A stretch of DNA of 64,000 bases from assembly GCF_036365525.1 (NCBI RefSeq), contig NC_090390.1, positions 31,292,180 to 31,356,179 of the forward strand. Reading direction: 5' to 3'. The DNA is from Heterodontus francisci. Lineage: Eukaryota. Below are positions 26,131 to 35,190 of this stretch, in pieces. The first letter of the stretch is position 1; every line of letters begins with the position of its first letter. The notes beneath the pieces were generated by a model, which searched no databases, was not told where the DNA came from, and saw only the letters and a list, made by a program, of their open reading frames with translations. The translations under genes were made by a program, and so were the position numbers.

Positions 26131-27465
26131 CCAAGGAGCAGCAAATGTCAACAACCCTGCCAGAGCTGTATGTCAGATCATCAAGGAACACTTTGACTCT
26201 ATGCCAACAGTCACTTCTACCATCAGACTCTGTCTTTCCATCCTCCAGTTGAATGGCTTCAGTTTAAACACTGACACAAGTATTTTTATAACATCTAATG
26301 GCATGGTGAACAAGCACAGGAAGAATTTGGTCAGAGTGTGATTTTCAATTGCCAGCAAGCACACATAAAAACTACAAGTCATCCTGAAGCAAACCCCAGT
26401 GCCAGTCTTAGCTGCTCTTTTGCCTACCATGCTGCCCTTACAAGGTGCTACTCCAGTAGTTACATCACGGCCTGGCATATCCCTCACTCTACCATTAACA
26501 TCAAGCCAAGGTATCAACTCTGGTTCAATGAAGAGTGCAGGAGGATGTGCCAGGAGCAACACCAGGCATCCCTAAAAATGAGGTGTCAACATGGTGAAGC
26601 TATAGCACAGGACTACTTGCAGTCTAAACCGTGGAAGCAGCATATAATAGACACAGCTAAGTAATCCTACAACCAACGGATCAGATCTAAGCTCTGCGGT
26701 CCTGCCACATCCAGTAGTGAATGGTGGTGGACAATTAAACAACTAACAGGAGGAAGAGGCTTCACAAACATCCCCATCCTCAATGACGGACGAGCCCAGC
26801 ACATCAGTGCAAAAGACAAGACTGAAACATTAACAAAATCTTCAGCCAGAAGTACTGAGTGGATGATCCATCTCAGCCTTTATCCTGAGGTCCCCAGAAT
26901 CATAGATGTCAAACTTCAGCCAATTTGATTCACTCCATGTGATATCAAGAAATGGCTGAAGGCACTGGATACTGCAAAGGCTATGGGCCCTGACAACATT
27001 CATGAAGACTTATGCTCCAGAACTTGCCACGCCCCTAGCCAAGATGTTCCAGTACAGCTACAACACTGGCATCTACCCAGCAATGTAGAAAATTGCCCAG
27101 GTATGTCCTGTACACAAAAAGCAATCCAGTCAATTACCGCCCCATCAGCCCCCTCTCAATCATCAGCAAAGTGATGGAAGATGTCATCAAAAGTGCTATC
27201 AAGTGGCACTTACTCAGCAATAACCTGCTCAATGATACTCAGTTTGGGTTCCGCCAGGGCCATTCAGCTCCTGACCTCATTACAGCCTTGGTCCAAAAAG
27301 ATGGACCAAAAAGCTGAACTCCACAGGTGAGGTAAGAGTGACTGTCCTTAACATCAAGGCAACATCTGACCAAGTGTGGCATTAAGGACCCCTGGCAAAA
27401 TTGAAGTCAATGGGAATCGGGGAAAAACTCTCCACTGGTTGGAGTCAAATGCAGCACAAAGGAAG

Positions 27466-28925
27466 CCCTGAATTGGAAAACTTTATCAACTTTGCTTCTA
27501 ATTTCCACCCTTCTCTCACTTTACATGATCCATCTCCGACACTTCCCTTCCCTTCTTCGACGTCTCTGTCTCCATTTCCGGGGATAAGCTGTCTACTAAT
27601 ATTCATTATAAGCCCGCCGACTCCCACAGCTACCTCGACTACACTTCTTCACACCCTGCCTCCTGTAAGGACTCCATTCCATTCTCCCAGTTTCTCCGTC
27701 TCCGACGTATCTGCTCTGAAGATGCAACCTTCCACAACAGCGCTTCTGATTGTCTTCCTTTTTCCTCAACCAAGGATTCCCCCCCACTTTGGTTGACAGG
27801 GCCCTCAACTGTGTCCGGCCCATTTCCTGCACTTCTACCTTCAACCCTCCCCCCCCCCCTCCCAGAAACGAGACAGGGTTCCCCTTGTCCTCACTTTCCA
27901 CCCCACCAGCCTCCACATCCAAAGGATCTTCATCCGTCATTTCTGCCACCTCCAGCGTGATGCCACTACCAAACGCATCTTCCCCTCCCCTCCCTGTCAG
28001 CATTCCGAAGGGATCATTCCCTCCGCAACACCCTGATCCACTCCTCCATTACCCCCAACACCTCGTTCTCTTCCCACGGCACCTTCCCCTGCAATCGCAG
28101 GAGGTGTAATACCTGCCCACTTACCTCCTCTCTCCTCACTATCCCAGACCCCAAACACTCCTTTCAGGTGAAGCAGTGATTTACTTGTACTTCTTTCAAT
28201 TTAGTATACTATATTCGCTGCTCACGATGTGGTCTCCTCTACACTGGGGAGACTAAACGCAGACTGGGTGACCGCTTTGCGGAACACCTCTGCTCAGTCC
28301 AAAAGCATGACCCCGAGCTTCCGGTTTCTCTCCATTTCAACACAGCCCCCTGATCTCATGCCCACATCTCTGTCCTGGGATTGCTGCAGTGTTCCAGTGA
28401 ACATCAACACAAGCTTGAGGAACAGCATCTCATTTACCGATTAGGCACGCTACAGCCTGCCAGACGGAACATTGAGTTCAATAATTTCAGAGCATGATGG
28501 GCCCCCCTTTTTATTTTTATTTTTAGTTATTTTTTTCTTTTTTCATTATTCTTTTTATTTTATTTTAGTTTGTTTCTATTGTGCCTACCCATTGTTTTTT
28601 TCATGGTTGTGCTTGGGGCCAGGCTGTTCAATTTTCTGTCAATTAACATCCTCTCTATACTAACGTTTTGTCTTTCACCACACCATTAACATACCGTTTG
28701 CCTTTGCTCCATGACCTTCAGGTCAGTTAATCTCTGAGACCTTGTCCTATCAACACCTTCTCTTTTATCTCTTGCCCCACCCCACCTTTACTTGCTTAAA
28801 ACCTATTACATTTCTGGCTCTGCCAGTTCTGATGAAGGGTCACTAAGCTGAAACGTTAACTCTGCTTCTCACTCCACAGATGCTGCCAGACCTGCTGAGT
28901 ATTTCCAGCATTTCTTGTTTTTATT
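27466..28925 (+). mobile_element. Penelope-like element (end of RT, GIY-YIG, pseudo-LTR)
   Basis: ELENFINFASNFHPSL, FPCNRRRCNTC and LVYYIRCSRCGLLYTGETKRRLGDRFAEH. Highly similar to 5913-6980. Flanked by ACAAAGGAAG (27456-27465) and ACAAAGGATG (28926-28935). Confidence 0.92.
28825..28861 (+). ncRNA. Minimal type I hammerhead-ribozyme-like motif in a Penelope pseudo-LTR
   Basis: AGTT-CTGATGA-(stem II, degenerate here)-GAAAC-GTT-AACT. Stem I is AGTT/AACT. Related copies at 6901-6936 (+), 31832-31866 (-) and 33164-33198 (-). Confidence 0.6.
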
Positions 28926-30083
28926 ACAAAGGATGATGGTTTGTGGTTGTTGGAGGCCTGTGTGCTCCGTCCCAGGAAATCACTGATTTCTGATTGGGTC
29001 CTAGACCCAACTATCTTCAGCCGCTTCATCAATGACCTTCCCTCCATCATAAGGTCAGAAATGGGGACGTTCACTGATGATTGCACAATGTTCAGCATCA
29101 TTCGCAACTCCTCAGATACTGATCCAGTCTGTGTCTATCTGCAGTGAGGCCTGGACAGCATCCAGGCTTGGGCTTATAAGTGGCAAGTAACATTCATACC
29201 ACACTGGAGCCAGGCAATGATCATCTCCAACCAAAGAGAATCTAACCATCTCCCTTGACATTCAATGGCATTACCATCGCTGAATCCCCCACTATCAGCA
29301 TCTCGGGGGTGGTCACCATTGACTAGAAATTGAACTTGCGTAGCCATATAAATGCTGTGGCTACAGCAGCAGGTCAGAGTCTGGGAATTCTGAGGTGAGT
29401 AACTCACCTCCTGACTCCCCAAAGCCTGTCCACCATCTACAAAGCACAGGTCAGGAATGTGATGGAATACTCTCTTCTTGCCTGGATGGGTGCAGCTCCA
29501 GCACCACTCAGAAAGCTCAACACAATCTAGGACAAAACAGCCCGCTTGATCGGCACCCCATCCATGACTTTTAACATTCACTCCCTCAGCCACCAATGCA
29601 CGGTGGCAGCAATGTGTACCATCTACAAGATGCACTGCAGCAACTCATCAATGCTCCTTTGACAGCACCTTCCAAACCCACGACCTCTACCACCTACAAG
29701 GACAAGGGCAGCAGACGCATGGGAACACCATCACTTGCAAGTTCCCCTCCAAGCCACACACCATCCTGACTTGGAACTATATCATTGTTCCTTCACTGTC
29801 AATGGGTCAAAATCCTGGAACTCCCTTCCTAACAGCAATGCGGGAGTACCTGCGCCAGATGGACTGCAGCAGTTCAAGAAGGCAGCTCACCACCATCTTC
29901 TCAAGAGCAATTAGGAATGGGCAACAAATACTGGCCTAGCCAGTGATGCCCACCTCCTACGAATGAATTGAAAAAAGCATGGTGGAAGGTGCTGCTGGTG
30001 CATTGAGGGAACTTGAAATGGCTGCAGTGGGTGATGTCAAGGAGCTCTGGCTCAAAAGGCCAGCTGCAGACTGCAGCAACTTA

Positions 30084-30423
30084 CAGTCATAGAGAGAGTC
30101 ATAGAGAGATACAGCACCAAAACAGGCCCTTCGGCCCAATGAGTCCACGCCAACCATCCATTTATACTAATCCTACATTAATCCCATTTTCCCTCTCACA
30201 GCCCCACCTTTCCTCAATTCTCCTAACTACACTAGAGGCAATTTTTACAATGGCCAATTTACCTATCAACCCACAAGTCTTTGGCATGTGGGAGGAAACC
30301 AGAGCACCCGGAGAAAACCCACGTGGTCACAGGGAGAACTTGCAAACTGCACACAGGCAGTACCCAGAACTGAACCTGGGTCGCTGGAGCTGTGAGGCTG
30401 TGGTGCTAACTACTGCGCCACCC
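30084..30423 (-). mobile_element. HE1/V-SINE-type SINE
   Basis: Same body and tail as the 21305 and 37373 copies. Confidence 0.88.
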
Positions 30424-31050
30424 TTGTTTTGGACTTGAGTATGTCGTCTCAAACTTAATGTGGAATTCAATTGTATTATGCTCACTTTTTTCCAGAGGAT
30501 ATTTTAATATGAGATTACTAATTAATGTTGTCTCATTACATATTAGTAGATCTAACATAGCTTTGTCCCTAGCTTGTTCCACAGTGAATTGTTCTAAGAA
30601 GTTGTCGTGAAAGCATTCTACAAACTCATCTTCCAGACTACCTTTGTCAATTTGATTGGTCCTATCTATATGAAGATTAAAGCCAACTTGGCAATGAACA
30701 CATTTCCATCAGTATGTTGTCCCACTAAATACAGAAGAGTTCACATCATGCGGGTGTGCATCACGCCCGCTTCGCAGCTTGATGATGTAAAACCCGGAAG
30801 CCAAAATTAATTGATTCAATTGTGTTCACAGAATCACAGAATTGTTACAACGCAGAAGGAGGCTATTTGGCCCATCGTGTCTGCCCAGGTTCTCTGAAAG
30901 AGCAATTCCCTCAGTTCCATTCCCCTGCCTTCTCTCTGTAACCCTGCACATTCTTCCTTTTCATATAACTGTCTAATTCCCTTTTGAATGCTTCAATTGA
31001 ACATGCCTCCACCACATTCCAGACCTTAACCACTCGTTGCGTGAAAAAGT
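30424..31050 (-). mobile_element. Two CR1 fragments (endonuclease remnant 30424-30700; 3' end 30826-31050)
   Basis: Degenerate endonuclease-region sequence, then FFTQRVVKVWN..EAFKRELD and a (CACAGAAT)n tail. Confidence 0.75.
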
Positions 31051-31511
31051 TGAGATCGCTGATTCCAACCCACTCAGTTGACTTCCCAGTTTCGCCCATA
31101 TTAACAGGACCATTGGCTTTCAAAAGAGACGATAAACTAAGGGCCTTATCTATTTGTTTGGTTGGATGTATAACATTATTCGAACAGGAACAAAAGGTTT
31201 TTCCAAAATTCAACCAGCAAGTACAAAAATAGATTATTTGCTCATTCGTTCCTCGGTTGTTTGTGCGATATTGCTTTGTGTCCATGTACCGATACATTTA
31301 TTGATCTTTGTGAACCACTTTGGGATGTCCTCAGGAGCTGATAAGATGTTGTATTAAAGCAGGTTCTTTATTTCTTTGATAATGTCTTCGGTGGAACAGC
31401 TTATTGATATAAACATTTAATGTTTCACTTTGTCACACAAGTTAGCTCTGAGTTTTTATCTAGACAAGATAACAACAACACTTTAAGGGTTTTGTTTTTC
31501 CCTCCACTTAC

Positions 31512-31647
31512 CAATATCTGACCTTGCTCCATCTTTGACAAAGAAAATAGTAATGAAGGCCACAGCCACTGCTGCCAGGAGGGCAAACAACACAATAAGC
31601 ACAATCTCCAGGGATGTACAGGTTTTCTTTTTATATTTGGAACCCAT
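31512..31647 (-). CDS. ASAH2: Neutral ceramidase, first coding exon (signal anchor); whole exon 31512-31661
   Basis: catcag|GTTTGATCAGCGGA ATG..., MGSKYKKKTCTSLEIVLIVLFALLAAVAVAFITIFFVKDGARSDI plus 1 nt, then donor gtaagt. Basic N-terminus and hydrophobic type II anchor resemble ASAH2 (KRTFSNLETFLIFLL...). The 136 nt end in phase 1, matching the next exon. Confidence 0.88.
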
Positions 31648-31766
31648 TCCGCTGATCAAACCTGATGAGAAATAAAACAATTACAGCCTGTTAAAAAAAA
31701 ATTGTAGCAACCTAATCCATCCAACAAGGTGCAATTTGCATCACAACTCAACAATGGCTGTGATAG

Positions 31767-31865
31767 AAATAAAAACAAGAAATGCTGGAACCACTCAGCA
31801 GGTCTGGCAGCATCTGTGGAAAGAGAAGCAGAGTTAACGTTTCGGGTCAGTGACCCTTCTTCAGA
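31767..31865 (-). mobile_element. 99-bp Penelope pseudo-LTR insert with a 14-bp TSD
   Basis: AATGGCTGTGATAG at 31753-31766 and 31866-31879. The insert is the reverse complement of the tail seen at 6903-6980 and 28828-28925. Confidence 0.88.
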
Positions 31866-32014
31866 AATGGCTGTGATAGGTCAGTTCTGGTACACTGCAA
31901 GCATTATTTAATTGATGCTTTTCCAATATTACACACATCCTGAGCAATGGTTGGTGCACAATGTTAATTTGAGTAGCCAATGCAGAAACAAAGCTAATCA
32001 CAGATAATTATAGG

Positions 32015-32230
32015 CAACTTATTTATTTTGTTCTCAGGATGCAGGTGACACTGGCAAGCCCACATTTATTGTCTATTACAAGTTGCCCTGAGATGCTTGT
32101 GGTGGACTACCTTGAATCATTGCAGTTCCTGTAGTGAAGGTGCTCCCACAATGGTATTGTGCTTCATAGCGATAGCTTGTACAACTGAGTGGCTTGCTAT
32201 GCCAATTCAGAATGCATTACCAGTCATATA
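32015..32230 (-). mobile_element. Degenerate tail of the SINE/LINE family at 22925 and 29900
   Basis: ggatgcaggtgacactggcaagcccacatttattg..gccctgag..gtggtgg resembles the reverse complement of that tail. Confidence 0.55.
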
Positions 32231-32786
32231 ATTCTCGTACAAACATGCTGTGTGATCTGTTCAGAAGATTTTTTTTTTAATTAAATAGATAATTATATAA
32301 GTTCTGCCAGGCTCTGTATCAGAGCTGGTTCCACAGCAGGCTAAACCTCATGAATTTATCACAAGAAATGGGATTTCTAAGTAAAATTAAGCCTCTCTCG
32401 TGAAAGGGCTCTTCAACACTTTTGCTGTGATACAGAATGGCGGCTTGTTTGTATCCTTCCTCTCTTTAACCCATCCTCCTTTTCTTTTCTCCCATTGTGC
32501 CCCGTCTCGAGCACCAAGCAAGTTTTATGAATGAATATTGAATCCTGGAGAGGCTTGCAAATGCAGGCTTTAAAGTCACCACCATAATGCTGTGGGACCA
32601 AAGAATGGGACAACATTTTTGAGAGAGGGAGGGAGAGAGATAGAAAGCAACCTGAGCTGGTGACTCTTTACCTGACTGCATCTAACTTGAGGCAGTGCCT
32701 GCAAGGTAAGAAGCAAATAAAATAATATAGCCATGTAATATAACCAGAAAATTAAATACCTTCCCTGTCCTCTGCATTTCACTTAC

Positions 32787-32925
32787 CTTCCAACTTAGTT
32801 TTTATTGTTAATATAAAAATATTATTCAAAGGAATTACCAGCTGTAAAATATCTGCTTCTCTTGGTGTACTGATATAAATTAATGTTTCCTCCCTTCCAC
32901 GTCCACCTGTTGCACTTTGATCTGA
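32787..32925 (-). promoter_or_regulatory. Candidate ASAH2 non-coding exon 1 and proximal promoter
   Basis: Consensus donor GAAG|GTAAGT at 32787/32786. The first coding exon has an acceptor, so an upstream exon is needed. HNF4-like DR1 AGATCAAAGTGCA (minus strand) at 32911-32923. Confidence 0.35.
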
Positions 32926-33102
32926 ACATTAAAATAATAAATAAGGCTTAAAGAGCCATAAGATGGGGGCAAAAAGCACCTGCTGAAAACCAGTGTCTCA
33001 TTTCAGTTTCTAATCAATAAGAGAACGTGTTTAAAAAGCACCCTAAACTCGAAAGGATAAATCGGGGACCAGTCCTCAAAAACTATTAACCCCTTTATGA
33101 AA

Positions 33103-33195
33103 TAAAAACAGAAAGTGCTGGAAATACTCAGCAGGTCTGGCAGCAGCTAGGAAGAGAGAAACAGAGTTAACGTTTCGGGTCTGAGAACATTTCAG
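33103..33195 (-). mobile_element. Short Penelope pseudo-LTR insert with a degenerate 15-bp TSD
   Basis: Same sequence as the 31767 insert. AACCCCTTTATGAAA (33088) versus AACCCTTTTACGAAA (33196). Confidence 0.78.
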
Positions 33196-33564
33196 AACCC
33201 TTTTACGAAAATGGACAAATCTTTTTGCTTTGATTCTAAGTACAGTGAAGCCAGTTGTTGGGGGGTGGGGGGGGGGGGGGGGGGCGGATGTGTGGGGGGC
33301 GAGGTTTGTCTGTTTAGTAATCTATTCCACCTATCTTTTTTCTGAAAGGTAAACATTTTTTAAATACTTGTTTTTATTATTTAGGCATGTTTCCTAAATT
33401 CATACTTGCCACCCTCTCCTCTAACTGGTAACCAGAGTGTGGCACCTGCCGGTTTTGTTCTGGGAAATTTGAGATTCCTGATTCAACAAGTATTCAGCTC
33501 TGGTTCCGATGTTGGTTGAAAAAGTTTTCCCAATGGATAGTTAAGCCTCATTGGTCAAGAATGC

Positions 33565-33925
33565 CCCTCCCTGGCTTTGCACTCTCTCTATCTCTGGAAC
33601 ATCCTCCATTCCTACACCCATCCTTGATCACAGCATTCTCCAATTCTGGCCTCTTGAGCATCCCTGATTTTAATCGCTCCACAATCGCCAGTCATGCCTT
33701 CAGCTGCCAAAGCCCTAAACTCTGGAATTCCCTCCCTAAACCTCTCCACCTCTCTGTCTCTTCTTTGAAGACACTCCTTAAAACCTACCTCTTTGACCAA
33801 GCTTTTGGTCACCTGTTCTAATACCCCCTTATTGTGGCTCCATATCATCTTTTGTCTAATAACACTCCTGTGAAGTGCTTTGGGAAGTTTTACCATATTA
33901 AAGGTTTTATATAATATGGGTTGGT
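33565..33925 (+). mobile_element. L2 3' fragment
   Basis: HAFSCQSPKLWNSLP..KTLLKTYLFDQAF plus an L2 3'UTR like 23500-23727. Confidence 0.85.
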
Positions 33926-35190
33926 GTCTGTGCAGGCAGCATTTTCAGATCTGGGACAGGTTCGTGGTAGGGTTGCCAGAATTGGTGCCAGGATCCCTGG
34001 TTTCAGGACATTAAAATTCGCCATGGTTCCTAGTCCTGATTACTAACCAGGCACTCCTGCAGGAAATGCTTGTGTGTGGATGTTGGGTGAGGACAGTTTT
34101 GTGCTCAGCTGTGAAGCCCAGACACGTCAACTCTCTCAAAGTTATCACGAGTCGTGATTTGTGAGTAAAATTAAGCCACACTCATGATCTCACAATAGAC
34201 GTCTGAAAGCTCAGTATTTTTTTTACAGGCATTCAAAATGACCAATGATAAAGAGGCAGCTGCAGCTTCTGCCAGTTACTGATAAGGTGGGCGATCCCAG
34301 CACTGACAGATAAGAGAGGACTGGAAGGCTTTGTCGCATCAATCGTCGAGCATGAACCAATGATTGGAGTGAGATTGCTAATCCTTTACTTTGAGGTCAT
34401 CATGCAGCGCCAAGAGACGGGAACAGAGCTGTTGGTGGAGCTTGGAGCGGGAGAACAACTGCTTGGCACCGAGGGACATATTCAGAGTGTGAGTGTGAGA
34501 GGGTCAGGTAAACACGGTGGACTTTTGTTCTAGCCTGGAAGCAGTAGAGAAGGTTAAACTCCTGCACTCCAAGGCTTTGGTTACTGCTATGTGGGGGCTC
34601 GGAGCTTGCAGTTCAATAAAACGCGTGGATGTATTAATAAAATCCTGGCCTTTAGATACAGGTGCCTCATGACATCAAAACATCTGGAACTTCCTGGAAA
34701 CGGAGCTTGGGGTCTTTAGCGTAAAACTCCCTGAACCCCACTGCCACCATGCTCTTTTTGGTTTCTATGGCTGTGGTGTTGCCATGGTATCGTGCCACCC
34801 TAATGATGATGAACACTCTCCTCTCTCTGCCCTGTATCTAGTAACTGTGAAGCTCAAAGTTCTGCATCCGGTGCCTTTTGGCCTCTGTGAAGAGAATGTG
34901 GCTTGCACCCCTCCCCATCAGGTGGAGCCATGATCATAGCTGGATAACAGGGAGAATTTTTTAAAAAGTTTTTTTGTAAAGCAATTTCGGATGCAGTAAG
35001 ATAATTATTTTTAAAGAGCTCTAACCAGATAGAGATTAAATAAGCAAAAGAGATTTATAAACCAAGTATCAATCTATATTTATCTATGTTTGAAAAAAAA
35101 GAAACTTATGATATCTCTCAATTTTTAAGAGTTTGTTTTTCAATTTTTGCCTCGGTCTTCACTATAGCTTATCAACATCAACAGCTCGCA

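Larger units (their letters stand above)
17440..26200 (+). pseudogene. PIF/Harbinger (HARBI1-like DDE) transposase relic in pieces: ~17440-17549, 23728-23759, 24205-24483, 25454-25790, ~26131-26200
   Basis: The pieces join as NFYSSGSF/ATVGDTSYISQFAMHSSIKQVTN | VFFTKANNFI | FSVEIAK..ARIAGFP.VQGIIDC..LNVQLVC..AQFPRSGHDAF | ..IEQTISILKQRFCCLD..LQCSPE*VSRVIVICCMLQN, the motif order of Harbinger transposases. Confidence 0.82.
26445..29975 (+). mobile_element. LINE of a second CR1/L2-group lineage (RT plus 3' tail), split by a Penelope element
   Basis: KPRYQLWFNEEC, AMGPDNI, SNPVNYRPISPLSIISKVME, QFGFRQGHSAPDL, then VLDPTIFSRFINDLP and TFTDD after the insert. Tail ..gcccacctcctacgaatgaattgaaaaaa. 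Confidence 0.85.

Noticed and set aside
33260-33300. G-rich tracts as functional G-quadruplexes (also at 3110-3155 and 17381-17400)
   Set aside because: Simple G-runs are common in this genome type and are error-prone in assemblies; no supporting context.
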